Part shown: positions 50,441-64,000 of the stretch, piece after piece
Layout of the letters: every line of letters starts with the position of its first letter
Numbering within the stretch: the stretch's first letter is position 1
NCBI GenBank assembly: GCA_951406725.2
Contig: OX597816.1
Location: forward strand, 61,132,001 to 61,196,000
Direction of reading: 5' to 3'
Source of the DNA: Octopus vulgaris
Lineage: Eukaryota
Length of the DNA: 64,000 nt
Program-made: the position numbers and the translations under genes
Notes under the pieces: generated by a model
What the model was told of the DNA's origin: nothing
Seen by the model: the letters and a program-made list of their open reading frames with translations, nothing else
The model's database searches: none

Positions 50441-53400
50441 GAGGAGCTATATGGCTACTCACATTGAGAAGAGAAGGTGAGAATGATCAGTAGGAGCGGC
50501 AAAAGGGATACTGGTGATAAGATGTCCAGGTACAAGCCGAGAAGAAGTGGGGATAGAGGAACTGGAAGTGTGAGTGGGAATATGCAGGAGTGTATGGTGG
50601 TGGTGGTGACAAGAGATGGGAAATGGAAGAAGGGAAGTAGGTAACAACTGTAAATATCGGGCAGTGATGGATTAGTGGTGGGGGGATGACTAGTGATGCA
50701 TGAGTTGGGAAAAGTAGAAGGATGCAGAATATAGTGGGGTGAGGGGATCAGTAGGATGGTAATAATGATACAGTTGACAGTGACAAGGACAAGAGTATGT
50801 GTGTGTGTATTTATATATAATAGAGTGGGTGAGAGACCAGCATGAGGAAATATTTAATATTTATAAGTATGGAAAAATATTACTGAAAATTGGTGACTAG
50901 TATCTTCATATTAAATGTAAATTCATGTAGATACAGGAAGTTACTTGTGCTTTTCTTTGTGTGTAAAGTATTTTGATTGCTAATAGATTGGTTTTTAATT
51001 GTGGAAATTGTAATTTGAGGCAGAAAGTCTGAGTACAAATGATTGTTTGTTTCAATGCAAACTAGTTTTAACTGTGTTCCCTAACATTTGCATGTTTATA
51101 TAAGAATCTTCCCTTCAGTAAAGAGTTGGATAAAGTTTTAAATGTTGACATTGTCATTGTTGATTTGGTCTTAGAGTCAATGAAATTTAAATTTTGAATA
51201 GACTTTTAATTTTCTTGTATCTTTCATCAATATTGGTTGAGCTAGTGTCTGCTTAATGCACAGCTCTAATGGAAATAATCATATTCTCTGTTTAGGCCCA
51301 GATTAGCCCTAATCTATCAGACCATCTTGTTTTTTTTTAATTCAAGCATAGTGTATGTTGGACTATATTATTCAATGTCTTCCATTGTTTTTAAAGATGA
51401 TAGTGTAATCTGAAGAAGGTTTGGCTCCTATTTTTATCAGGTTCATTAGCTGCATAGAATTAATTACATTGTCATCTGTAATGTAGTTATGTGACAATAA
51501 ATTATCTTGTTCATTGTATCTGTTTTTACTGATTTTTTTCACATAATATTAGTAGAAGGATTGTAGTAGAAGTTCAATGTAAATTGAGTTTGAAATTATA
51601 AATTTGGAAGTACAAAAATATTAAAGATTGATAAAAACTCAGTAATATTTAATGGTTTTGTTTATTATGTTGAAAAACTGGAGGTAGAATTGGAATATTA
51701 TGAATACTAGTGGGTATATATTAAATTTAGTTTGCAAAGTAAGATGAAAATGTTTTCGAAGTGGTGAGAATAGGTTGCTTTAGGAGTATTACAGAAAGTG
51801 ATTGTGTGAATGTATTAGTTACTGGATGTGTGATACAAGCAAGTATTGTTTGTTATGAATCTAGTTTGGAATTGAGGACAATAAACAAGATTCTGTTGAA
51901 AATTTTGTCATAGTTCTTAGTATGCAGATAAATATTTCAAGGTTTGAGTTCTTTGGTGCAAAGTTCACAAAACAAATTTTTCATACAAGGAGAAAAATTA
52001 CTTGTATACCCCCCCCCCGATTGAAATTTAAACTGTTTATGATTTACTAAACTTTAAAAGATAATGTCCTATTCCTCCCTTGAATGAGGTATAACTAGGG
52101 GGCAACCTCCTGCTAATAATACACATCTGAGTAAGAAGTGTTCCTTGTCAGGAATTTTTTAAAGATTTTTTTTTCTGATAAGATTTAGATTGCAGGATAC
52201 TATGGATTGGGGAATAAATATAGAGTATAGAATCATCGACCAAAGAATGTGAGAATTTTTGAAGTGCTTATTCTGACAGAAACTGGCCTGTCATTAGTAG
52301 AGAAGCTGACAATGATTCACTTTCTTTCAAATAACTTGCTGGTTATTTATGAAAACTGAATCCAAACTTTCTTGTACGATCTTTTATTAGTAAACTTAGT
52401 AAACACAATAAATTGATGTTCCACAAGTTTTTGAAAATCAATATTTTCTTGATCACTTTTAGATTCTTATTACTGTTTCTGTTAGTTTTTATTGTATTCT
52501 TTATTGGTATAAAATTGTATAACCTATGCTAAGAAATATAGATAGGTCTTCCTAGCATGTAAATGTGAAATATATTGAATTACTACTGGAATAATCATTG
52601 ATTTACTCACAACCATTTTAAACTATAGGGTGTGGGGTGTTTGTTTTCACTCTTAGATATATATATATGCTACTTTGTCTCTTTGTCTTGTAATCTGACC
52701 TTATTGTTTAGCCCCAGATCAACCTTGATTGAGCAGCTCTATGAGGAAAGGCATTTTAGCTGTTTCTTTTTGTTATTTAAGACAGTAAGATGTGATTTGG
52801 TTACTATTGTTTGTAGTTCAAGTGACCGTACGAAAACATTAGGTTGACTATGTAAATAAGAACAGTGAATTGGCAGAGTGATAGAGTAGTATTTGTCGGT
52901 TCAAATCCCACCGAGGACAATTTTTTTGCTTTTCATCCTTTTGGGTCAGTTAAATTAAATACTAGTTTTGAGTGGTGAACTGATAGGATAATTTGATAGA
53001 GCATTGGATTAGAATTTTTGATGCTTATTCTGGTTTTTTGCATCCTAAGTTCTTGGGTGGTAGACTTAATTCATTGTTAGGTTTCACATCATGACCCAGT
53101 CCTTGATTACCTTTAACAGAGTACATTCTTTTGGAAGTCTTTGGGCTAGGCTTCTAGTTTGAGGATAACCAGAGGCCATTTTATAGGAAAAATCTTTTCT
53201 GTTTTGCCCTCTTAATGAGTGTACTCATGTGGGACTTTTAAGTTTGAAATGACAAGTTTTTCTCAAACACATCTACTTGTGAGCATATTTAACTCATTAC
53301 TCATGATGTCCTTATTAACTTCCTCCTATTTGAGACTTGATTAAATGTCATGATTTCTGGCTTGAATTTCATTAACCCAGTTAAATATATTTTGTTAGGT

Positions 53401-55314
53401 ATATCTATCTGCCATATTCATTCATTATATTAGAGATTTATGTGTTTGAAATAATTAAATTTATATAATTAATAGATATAAATAATCAACATATGTAAAT
53501 ATGTTTACATAAAATGTATATATAAATAATCAACATACATATAAAAATATACATATATGTTTATTGGGGTACATAAAGTCATGTGGGTTAGATGGGTTTT
53601 CTAAGGCAGCATTTAATGTTTGGATAGCTTTCTTGTTACCAAATTCTTTAGTCTGCTCTTATGAAATGCAGGGTCATATTATACCTATTCTAAAAAGAGG
53701 ATCACATTGTGTGTGTGTGTGTTTGTATGTATGTGTGTATGTATATTACACACACACACACTTTCTCTGTGTGGGCTTGGGAAAATATTACCTTGCTTGG
53801 AAGCTGATGAAAGTTGGCAATAGGAAGGGCATCTAACCATAGAAAATATGCCTCAAATAAACACTATTGAATCCATGCAAGCATGGAAAAGAGGATGTTA
53901 AATGGTATCGCACACACATCATCATCATCATCGTGGTTTAACGTCTGCTTTCCATGCTAGCATGGGTTGGACGATTTTGATTGAGGGCTGGCGAATCAGA
54001 CGGCCACACCAGGCTCCAATCTTGATCCGTCAGAGTTTCTACAGCTGGATGCCCTTCCTAACGCCAACCACTCCGAGAGTAGTGGGTGCTTTTTACGTGC
54101 CAGTCAGGCGGTACTGGCAATGACCTCGCTTGAATCTTTTTACACATGCCACCGGCACAGGTGCCAGTAAGGCACACACACTTTAGTATTAACATACTCT
54201 TTTATAGACAGCATATTTGCACATACATGCCATTCATGCAAACCATGTATAGGTTTTAATGCTATCTGTCCATTATCACAACATAAATTGAACTTGGGAA
54301 TTGTTTTTGAGTTTCTTTAAATCCTTTCCTTTCATCCTGTCATTGGACCACATTTTGAATATTTAACATTCATTTTCCCTGTCATCAAATTCATTGTTTT
54401 CCATTTGGAAATAATCTCCCTATCTTTTCTGGTTGTTTTTGAAGTAGCCACTGCAGCCCACTGCTTCTCAAAGTTATTTTGTTTAATCTCTATATGATTT
54501 TCCTAAAATAGCAGAACCCATGTTTACATATTTCATGGAAAAACCCTAACACCATAGTTTTATGAAACAACAATTGTTTTAGAAAAAGAATTTATTCATA
54601 TTAAAAAATAAAAACTTTTTAAAAAATTAGTTTCAAATAGGTGGATATCATTTTCTTTTCTTTAATTACACTCTCGGAGTGGTTGGCATTAGGAAGGGCA
54701 TCCAGCTGTAGAAACACTGCCAGATCAGATTGGGCCTGGTGCAGCCTCCTGGCTTCCCAGACCCCAGTCAAACCGTCCAACCCATGCTAGCATGGAAAGC
54801 GGACGTTAAATGATGATGATGATAATTTTATCAAAAGATGCCTTGCCTCAGAGAACCTACATTAGGAAACACTGCTTTAGTGAATCTCTGTTTCATGCTT
54901 GGGTGTCGTTCGCCCAGGAGTTTGAAGTTATTCTTGTATTAGCTTCTCTTGTCGATTTCTTGTCTTTGTGATGTTTGATCTTGTGTTTCATGTGCTCTCG
55001 GTGCATTAGTCATCCGTCTGTAATTTTCTCAGCTCCACAGTCTTTGCTCCTGAGTTTGTTGTAAGCTGCAAGAAATATATTCTGTCATTAGCACAATGTA
55101 TCTTTCCACTGAGTGACATTGTTTTTCCTTTTTTTCTCCCACCCATTACACTTTCTGCTTCATTCCTTCACTTTCTATCTCTTAAAACTTTCTAAGTATG
55201 TATGTGCTCTGTTTTCCTCCTCTTGAATGAAACAAAGAAGTTCTTGTTTAGTGTTAAAAAGTGAAAATTAGAAAATAGAAAACATTGCCATTACTTTTTT
55301 GTTTTTGAAAAGTC

Positions 55315-55353
<39 letters not shown>

Positions 55354-56438
55354 AAATTTATAATTATAATTAACCATAATTACAATAGAGGGCACATGAG
55401 GCACCTACCTGCTAGAAAGAGGAGCTAAATCTTCAAGTAAATCACCAAATTACACTGAAATATACACCAGATCAACAATAAAAAATATCTATATAAGTAT
55501 TCATTCCTCATATATGTGTGTGTGTGTGTGTGTATTAAAAGATTATTTCACTCCTAATTCAATATATATATGTATATATAATCAACCACATATACCTAAC
55601 ATGTTTTGTGTATTTGCTGTTAGTAGGCTGCTCTTGTGGTGGAGAGAGTATTGGCCCTTTGAGAGAGAGTATTCTCTACTAGGCCAGTAGCAGCTCACTG
55701 GCCAATACACAAGGTGTATATGTTAATATACGTGGTTGATAGTGTTTATTACACTAGTGCTGCTTCTATTTCATATTTGAATATATATATCATCATCATC
55801 GTTTAGCGTCCATTTTCCATGCTAGCATGGGTTGGACGGTTCAACTGGGGTCTGGGAAGCCAGAAGACTGCACCAGGCCCAGTCTGATCTGGCAATGTTT
55901 CTACGGCTGGATGCCCTTCCTATTGCTCCCCCTTACCTGTGTTTCAGGTAAGGAATCTCTTATTCAGTCTGTCTCTAAAAGTGCAACGCTAGCAGAAAAT
56001 GGTGGACAGGGGAAATGACAACAGCACTACTGCTTGCAGCTCAGTGATTTTTGAGGAAGCACAAATATAAACAGACATAAATACATACATAAAGCAGACA
56101 TATATAATACATGCATGATGATCAGTTATCATCATTTAACATTTGTTTTTCATGGGTTGGATGGTTTGACAGGAGCTGACTGGATAGAAGACTGCACCAG
56201 GTTTCACTGTCTGTTTTAGCCTGGTTTTTATGGTTGAATGTTCATCTTAATGCCAACCACCTTACAAAGTGGACTGAGTGTTTTCTACATGGCAATGTAT
56301 GTATGTATACGCACATATATATCATCATCGTATGGCTGGATGCTCTTCCTAACTCCAGCCACCTTACAGACTGGACTGAGTGCTTTTTTCCATGGCACCA
56401 GTGAAGCTGTCATATATATACATGTATATGTATATATA

Positions 56439-56502
<64 letters not shown>

Positions 56503-56503
<1 letters not shown>

Positions 56504-56645
56504 CTTGTTTTTTCTGTGTCCCTTTCTGTAGAAGAGTGTAGGCTCAAAACGTAAAAGATTTTTTTCTCTTCCTGAGCGTTATACTAATACATGTGTTTGT
56601 TTTGTACACCACCTGTCGTCTTTTGTTTTTTTCGTAAACTCTCCC

Positions 56646-56648
<3 letters not shown>
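56503..56648 (+). mobile_element. PLE-terminus-like repeat with hammerhead-like motif at 56522-56557
   Basis: cttt-CTGTAGA-a gag tgtagg ctc-AAAACGTA-aaag; homologous to 21733-21895; flanked by microsatellites. Confidence 0.55.
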
Positions 56649-56689
<41 letters not shown>

Positions 56690-56859
56690 AGACAGGTTTT
56701 TTCAGTTTCTGTCTACCATATCTACTCAAAAAGCTTTGTTTGGTTGGCCAGAGCCTGTTGTTGCCCAAGATGCTGTGCAGTAAGAATGTACTTGATATCA
56801 TGTGATTGGGAAATGACCTTTTAACCAGTCATGCATGCACACACATGTATTCACATGCA

Positions 56860-56910
<51 letters not shown>

Positions 56911-57207
56911 GTACAAATAATACATGCAAAATTATGAGGCAAAGAAGAGACAAAAAAAATAATACATGGAGTCAGATAAGCAAAAATGCACAAAACAAAA
57001 AGAACTAGAAATACCAAGGGAAAATAAAGAAGTGTTAAATGAAAATAAAAATGCCAGTGGAAGAAACAGAAGAGAATCTAATATTCAAAAGTCATGCTTG
57101 TTATAAGAGAAGAAAAGGGATTAAGAGAAGCATATACATGATACCAAATTAAGATGCTTTTTTTTTTGCGCATGTTGGGCTCAGGATAGAATAAAACTGG
57201 GGACAGT

Positions 57208-57661
57208 TTTGAGGTTGTAGTAGGTATTTTTTATGTGCCACCAGCACAGGAGCCAGTCAGTCAGGCAGGCCTGGCATCAATCATGTTCAGATAGTGCTTT
57301 TTACATGCCACTGGCACGAGAGCCAGTCAGGGTGTACTGGCATCGGCCACGTTTGGGTGGTGCTTTCTACGTGCCACTAGCACAAGAGCCAGTCAGGTGG
57401 ACCTGGCAATGACCACGTTAGGATGATATCTATATATATATATCATCCTAGCATGGTCAATTCCAGGTCCACGTGACTGGCCCTTGTGCTAGTGGCACGT
57501 AGAAAGCACCATCCAAACGTGGCCGATGCCAGTACACCCTGACTGGCTCTCATGCCAGTGGCATGTAAAAAGCACTATCTGAACATGATTGATGCCAGGC
57601 CTGCCTGACTGACTGGCTCCTATGCTGGTGGCACATAAAAAGTACCCACTACAACCTCAAA
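57208..57661. repeat. ~450-bp palindrome of RTE 3'-UTR subrepeats centred on a short (TA)n
   Basis: 57208-57428 vs 57441-57661 near-perfect. Confidence 0.9.
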
Positions 57662-57953
57662 GTGGTTGGCGTTAGGAAGGGTATCCTTTGCCAGATCAGA
57701 TTGGAGTCTGGTGGAGCTGCTGGCTCTCCAGACCTCAGTCAAACCGTATAAGGTTAAAATCTATACAAGATTTTGGGTAACCACAAACACACACATATAA
57801 ATATTTAACAGAAGTAACAGAGTGACTCAAGGTCTGAGAGTTTCATGTGTTGGCTCTTACTCTATTACTTCTGCTAAATATTAATAAAAATATACACATA
57901 CTCATATTTTGAGTTCTATTTTTTCTGTTTGCATCAACATACCTATATATATA

Positions 57954-58030
<77 letters not shown>

Positions 58031-58038
58031 GTATATAT

Positions 58039-58460
58039 ACAGGGTATGATGGGTAAATTGTCCCCATTTTATATTTTTAATTTCATGCATGCACATAGCT
58101 GTTTTTGATTTTGTTGACTACACAGTATGGTAGGGTCTGTTGGGCATCATCTGTGAAAACAACAGCATCATGGCACAATTCACTCTGCCAAAAATTTTGG
58201 AAATGGCATGCTGTACTGCTTGGCATTCACGTTGGAAGCTCCAATGAACATTTCAGAGGTTTCGAGTGTCAATCTGAGGATATGTACAGAGAGTGATAAA
58301 AATCATACATCATTATGATGTTTTAGAGATCACTAGTGATGGCGACGTTATGCCTCTGTTCATCTTCCCACATGCCCTCGAACTCAATGTGGAGGCCTAC
58401 ATCAAGTGCCTGGAGGAGGTAGTGCTGCACTGGGTCAAGAGAGTGGCTGCTGGATGACCT
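58039..58460 (+). mobile_element. Tc1/mariner-type fragment (5' end plus internal transposase piece)
   Basis: ta-cagggtatgatgggtaaattgtcccc start; ITSDGDVMPLFIFPH...YIKCLEEVVLHWVK. Confidence 0.6.
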
Positions 58461-59099
58461 TATGTGCATGCACACTGTTTGGAGAGGAGTGTACGAGTCA
58501 CACACAAGCATATGAGTGGCTCAGATGTTTCCAAGATGGCCAAAAAAATGTCAATATTGACAAACCATCTAGGAGACCTGCAACCAGTAGAACAGAAAAA
58601 CATTGCAGATGTGTGTTGCTGTGAGGAGAAATCGTCAAATCACCATCCGTGAGTTATCAGAGGATGTGCAGATTAGTTATGGTTCAGTTCAGTCCATTAT
58701 CACTGAAGATTTGGGTATGAGACGTGTGTCTGCCAAGTTTGTGCCAAAACTGCTTTCAGCCGACCAAAAAGACACTCAGGTTTCAGTTACACAAGATCTT
58801 TTTGATTGTGTCGAGAATGATGAAAACTTTGCATAGGCCTCTGACCAGGTATCGCCAAGCTTATGGCAAAATTTCATTCAGACTCTGCTCAACTTTCTCT
58901 GTCATGGTCAATGCGACAATCACACACTACACCTCTTCCTTCCAAGCACTGCTGCAAACAATGGAATTGAGCTAGAATGTTAAAACTTAGTGTGCATGCA
59001 CAGCAGAGTTCAAGGTCAATCTGTGCCAAGCAACTTCACTCTCTGTACTATCGCTTCATTACTATAGCATCAGTCTGGATACTTACTGATCAGACCATG
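58460..59099. mobile_element. Rearranged mariner: + strand HTH region and an oppositely oriented terminus
   Basis: AYEWLRCFQDG...ITIRELSEDVQISYGSVQSIITEDLGMRRVSAKFVPKLL on +; TIR-like catggtctgatcagtaagtatccagactg on - ending at ~59099. Confidence 0.7.
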
Positions 59100-59751
59100 T
59101 ACATTCTTACTTGTGTGTGTGTGTATAATCATCGTTTTAATGGTTGACTGGTTGAGATTGAGTTTATTGAGGCAGACTTTCTACAATTAGCTGCCTTTGT
59201 TGTGCACCATCACCTGTTAAGGTCTTATTTCTCCTTGGCTAGGTATGTGTTTGCAGATTATTGGAAATGAAAGTCACCACTTGTCTGATGGTGAAACTTA
59301 ATTTACAAAAATCATTTGGTGTCAAGACAAGGAGATACAAACATATATACATGTACACACACACACACACACAAAAGATGGGCTTTTCCTCCAGTTTTCT
59401 TTTATCAAATCCATTCACAACACTCACTTTGATCTGTAGTAAAAGACACTTGCTGAAGGTACTGCTCAGTGGGACTGAACCTGAAACCAAGTGGTTGAAA
59501 GGCAAACCCCTCTTAACCACACAACCATTTCTGCACCTACCACTGGTAAAATAAACCTTCTTTAAATGGAGAAATCCAAAGAGTTTCTTTGGTCCAATGG
59601 TTGAATGTCTATCATGTTTGCAGAGGGTGTGGATTTGAGTCTTGCAGGCAGCCTTCAATTTTTTTTTATTTGAAAGTGTTTCTTAACCCAATATTTACAT
59701 AGCTTTATCTGCTTCAAGTTTCATTATTCAGTGTGAGTGGGCATATATATA

Positions 59752-59809
<58 letters not shown>

Positions 59810-60125
59810 TATCCTGCACAGACATGTATTTGTATGTTAGTGTATTTATACACACACACACACTCACATATTTCATTATTTTAATGTTCACTTTTCCCTG
59901 TTTGCATGGGTTGGATGGTGTATTTTGAAGTAGATTTTTTTTAATGATAGATGACCTTCTTGTTGCCAGCCCTCACATATTTCTAAGGTGATATTTCCCC
60001 ATGGCCAAACATGTTCTTGCAGAATATTGGAAATGAATGACACTTCTTGTATGATTATCTTTTTCCTGTTATCACATAATATCAAGACAAAGAGACAAAA
60101 ACCTGCACATATACATATATACATG

Positions 60126-60165
<40 letters not shown>

Positions 60166-60207
60166 TAAGATGGACACATCACTCACACACACACATATAT
60201 GCTGAGC

Positions 60208-60544
60208 TGAAACTCCCTTCGGTCATGACTAACGATGAGAATGCACCTAGAAAGTTACTCTCCGAGGCACAAGTCTGGGCAAGATTGTTTATGGAAGACC
60301 AGTAGTCGCCCACGCATACCGGCCTCCCCTCTCCACACCACCAGTGTTATCCAAGGGAAAGGCAAAGGCCGATACAGCTTGGCACCTGTGACATTGCAGC
60401 TCATTTCTACAGCTGAGTGAACTGGAGCAATGTGAAATAAAGTGTTTTGCTCAAGAGCACAGCGTGCAGCCCGGTCCGGGATTCAAACTCACAACCTCAC
60501 GATCGTAAGCTCTACACTCTAACCATTAAGCCATGTGCCTTCAT
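60208..60544 (-). mobile_element. tRNA-derived SINE, family B head with a different tail
   Basis: Minus gaaggcacatggcttaatggttagag...gagtttgaatcc...ttgagcaaaacac...cactcagctg; 3' half unrelated to 33131. Confidence 0.8.
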
Positions 60545-60727
60545 ATATATATATATGAGATGGGGCTTTCTGTTTACCAAATCCACTGACAAAGCTTTGA
60601 TTGGTTTGGGGCTATAGCAGAAGATGTCACGCAGTGGAACTGAAACTGGAACTATGTGCTTGGGAAGCAAATTTTTTATCACACAGTCACACCTATCTAT
60701 TTATCTGCCTGTCTGTATTGATATATA

Positions 60728-61370
60728 AACATCTGCTTTCCATGCTGGCATGGATTGGATGGTTTGACTGAGGACTGGCAAGTCAGGAGGCAGCACCAGG
60801 TTCCATCTGGCAAGGTTTCTACAGCTGGATGCCCTTCCTAATGCCAACCATTCCGAGAGTGTAGTGGCTGCTTTTTACGTGTTTCTGGTACAGGGGCCAG
60901 TCATGCAGTACTGGCATAGACCAAGCTCAAATGGTGCTTTTTACATGCAACCAGCACCGGAGCCAGTCCAGTGGGACTGGCAACGACCACGCTTGAATGG
61001 TACTTTTTATGTGCTACCGGTATGGGCACCAGTTAGGCAGTACTGGCATCGACCATAACGATGATTGCACTTGACTCAATAGGTCTTCTCAAGCACAGTA
61101 CATTGCCCAAAGGTTGAAAGGTACTCTTAAATGGGCCAGTTATGACCACTGATATAGGCCACACCTACAGTTTTACTTCACTTGCCGGGTCTTCGCCAAA
61201 GGTCTCTGTCGCTTGTCATTACGTCCGTGAGGCCCAATGTTCGAAGGTCATGCTTCACCACCTCATCCCAGATCTTTCTAGGTCTACCTCTTCCACAGGT
61301 TCCCTCCACTGTTAGGGTGTGACACTTTTTCACACAGCTGTCTTCATCCATACACAACACATGACCATAT
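60728..61370 (-). mobile_element. RTE LINE 3' fragment
   Basis: YGHVLCMDEDSCVKKCHTLTVEGTCGRGRPRKIWDEVVKHDLRTLGL plus 3' UTR. Confidence 0.9.
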
Positions 61371-61638
61371 ATACACATACCCACATATATACATAGATGT
61401 AGGCATATATATGTATGTAGTCATTTCATATCCTTGTACATTTAAAATTATTCTCGTTTTTAAACATTTTTATACTCTTCCTGATTTACATATACCAGAA
61501 TGTGTTATCAGTGTCACGGAGTTGCAAGCCAAAGCAACTATCGGTTTGATAGGGTCATTGTTGGTAAAATGTACTGGCTTCACCTTAAGGAATATTGTAG
61601 TATTCTAAGTTTGACAAAAACTAATTTGTTTGCCTTAA

Positions 61639-61850
61639 CCCTTTAGTGTTCAGATTATTCTCTCAAATGTGATGTTTGTTTATTTATATTGTTTTGAATT
61701 AATCATGTATTATCTTGTAGTTTAGAGATTTCAGTGATGCGGTTTTTTAAAGTTTTAGAATGACATGGTAGGGCTGAGTTAAAAGGCAAGCTCTGGTCAG
61801 TTTCAATGTAAAACAGGTTAAATATTCTGGCCGGTTTGAATGCTAAAGGG
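61639..61850. mobile_element. piggyBac/Kolobok-type MITE with TTAA TSD
   Basis: ttaa-ccctttagtgttcag ... ttgaatgctaaaggg-ttaa. Confidence 0.8.
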
Positions 61851-61994
61851 TTAATATTTTTTGTGAGTGAGGATTTTGGTAGAACGAAATCTGTCTCTCA
61901 AAACAAGGTGCCATTTACTTTTGGATTTTGGATCTTGTGTTTATTTCCACTGCATTTCTTCAATAAATTCTGTTTTCTGTAGTTTACTACAATT

Positions 61995-62210
61995 TGGCAG
62001 CAAGCTGTCAGAACTGTTAAGTACATCATGCAAAATGCTTAGTGGCATTTTGTTGTCTTTAGGCTCTGAGTTCAAATTTCACTGAGATTGACTTTGCTTT
62101 TCATCCTTTTGGGATCAATAAAATAAGTATCAATTGAGCACTTGGGTTGATGTAATTGACTTACCCCTCCCCAAAACTGATAGCCTTGTGCCAAAATTTA
62201 AAACCAATAT
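61995..62210 (+). mobile_element. Nin/Deu-like SINE
   Basis: gagttcaaatt...gactttgcttttcatccttttggg...aataagta core. Confidence 0.75.
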
Positions 62211-63050
62211 TTTGCCACAATTTTTTATTTTATTTTATGAAATCTTTAATGTTATATTTCTTTAAATTTTATAATTGAAACAACACTCTAATCTCAAAGA
62301 GAAAGGTTATATTTCTGATTGAGTATACTTCGTAGAAAATAGCTATTTGAGGTGTTGGTTGTTTTACTTTTAATTCTGATGTAGTTTAGATTTTTGCATG
62401 TTCCAGACTTTCTTTTATTGTATGCTTTGAAGTATACTGTGTTTTTAAAGGGATCTCTCCTAGAATGTAATACCACAACTACCAACATTTAACAACACAC
62501 ATGATGTGATATTGATAATATTTTTATAGTTTATTTCTCTTATATATTTTTGTTATATAACCTTTTGTTAAAAATAGCTTTTTTTTTAAACATTTTGTGT
62601 AAGTTTGTCTAACACTTAATTATTTTTAATTTCTTTAGTAGATAATATTTATTTATTTAAAAATCCCAGTCGTTTAACTATACTCTTTAAAGTCTAGCTT
62701 AAACAAGTTACGGTGCCAAGAAGTCTTCTGAAGTTTCACATTGGTCATGTGGCTTATGTGCTCTCTGTTGATGTAAGAAATATATTCGTCTTACTACAAA
62801 CAGAGCAATTGGAGTTGGTAGTACCATGAATTGAGAAGTTGAAGGCTCTTTGTACCACAGCCTGTGTGTGAAAATGCCTGTTTGTATTAATTTTTTTTTG
62901 CCTGAAAATTCTCACTTTTCCAGATTGTCACTTAGACATTTACTAACATAACCAAGTGTACCGGTAATTATTGGTATAAACATGGATTTGTAATTGGGGT
63001 AGAAGTGTAGGTTTTGAAGCAGTTGTGCATAAATATTCTATGTTTTGCAG

Positions 63051-63087
63051 ATCTCTTGGAAGAGATTATCTGCAGGGCAGTTAAACT
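63051..63087 (+). other. Candidate 37-nt internal exon
   Basis: tatgttttgcag|ATCTCTTGGAAGAGATTATCTGCAGGGCAGTTAAACT|gtatga; one frame reads LLEEIICRAVK. Confidence 0.3.
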
Positions 63088-63172
63088 GTATGATTTTTCT
63101 TTTCTGTTTTAAATAACTGTTTAGAGTTGGTAGAAGTATTGATGAGAATGTTCCACCAGTCTTCTGTATGTA

Positions 63173-63920
63173 TGATGGTCAACTGAAAAGTTCATAGGCT
63201 GATCAAGATACTCATGGAATGTAACCAGTTGTGGTTTATTATTCAACAGGAACAACATACTCTTCTTCCATCAGTGTTGTCTTTTGCATCCCCAAAAGCT
63301 GAGTCCATCACCTTCCCTGCAGATGAAACGACCTTGGCCTTCTTTGGAGCTGATGTGGTGGGGTGTTTCCACTGCATAGATTGTCTCTTTGTTTCTGGCC
63401 AACACTTATTCTGGTTTTCGGAAATGTTTATTGGAACCAGCTGGATCTGCCTGAAACAATGTCAGGTTCTGTTATGATGTGATCAGCCTGGTGCATTTTT
63501 GATAGGGTGTCAGATGTGGCAGCCACTGAGCAGAAACTTCAGTCATACCGAGTTCATTGTGCAGAATATTCTCAATCTGTCATAGGATTTGCTATTTGAT
63601 TTATAATCAGTTGCCTGTCCCTTCCCTTCTTAAATTCAGCTGCCCACTTTTGCACTGTTGATACAGCTTGAGCATCGACCCCTAATGTTGCAAGTGTATC
63701 GGCATGAATGTCCTTGGGGGTTAAACTCTTTTCCTGTAGATACTTGTTAACACCACAAACCAAATTTTGCCCATTTTCAAGAGAAGTTGCTACTAAGTAT
63801 TTTTGAAGTCTTTGAACAGTGTACCTGAAAGAAACAATGCAGATGTTAAGTTGAAATTAATGCATGCAGCTCTAGCATCACCCCTTCGTAGCCAGTCTAG
63901 AACTTTTCAGCTTACTCTTG
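63173..63920 (-). mobile_element. Internally deleted mariner element
   Basis: Imperfect TIRs (ctgaaaagttc / gaacttttcag) with TA flanks; KYLQEKSLTPKDIHAD...STVQKWAAEFKKGR. Confidence 0.8.
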
Positions 63921-64000
63921 TATTTAGTAGCAGAGTTGTATATATTTACCCCAGAGCAATCTTTTCTGTGGATGGCTTTGTATGTTATTTTAGCAACAAC

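Overview
Eukaryotic, AT-rich, repeat-dense DNA. The SINE, LINE and microsatellite content resembles an octopod cephalopod (Octopus-like); this is an inference. No intact protein-coding gene is visible, and most ORF-track entries are microsatellite or repeat artefacts. Recognisable elements: RTE LINEs (one long 5'-truncated copy whose RT carries an in-frame PHD finger, plus many 3'-end fragments), a Gypsy gag-protease-RT remnant, a Penelope-like (PLE) RT/GIY-YIG remnant, CR1-like and CRE-like fragments, several Tc1/mariner elements with TIRs, hAT- and piggyBac-type MITEs, three SINE families, a degenerate tRNA-iMet, and a probable promoter/first exon of a + strand host gene near 42.9 kb. The most striking pattern is a set of about 13 minimal type-I hammerhead ribozyme motifs (intact to degenerate) from several sequence families. 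Many lie in short foldback elements beside (TA)n tracts, some with a ribozyme on each strand. Coordinates were read by eye and may be off by a few bases.
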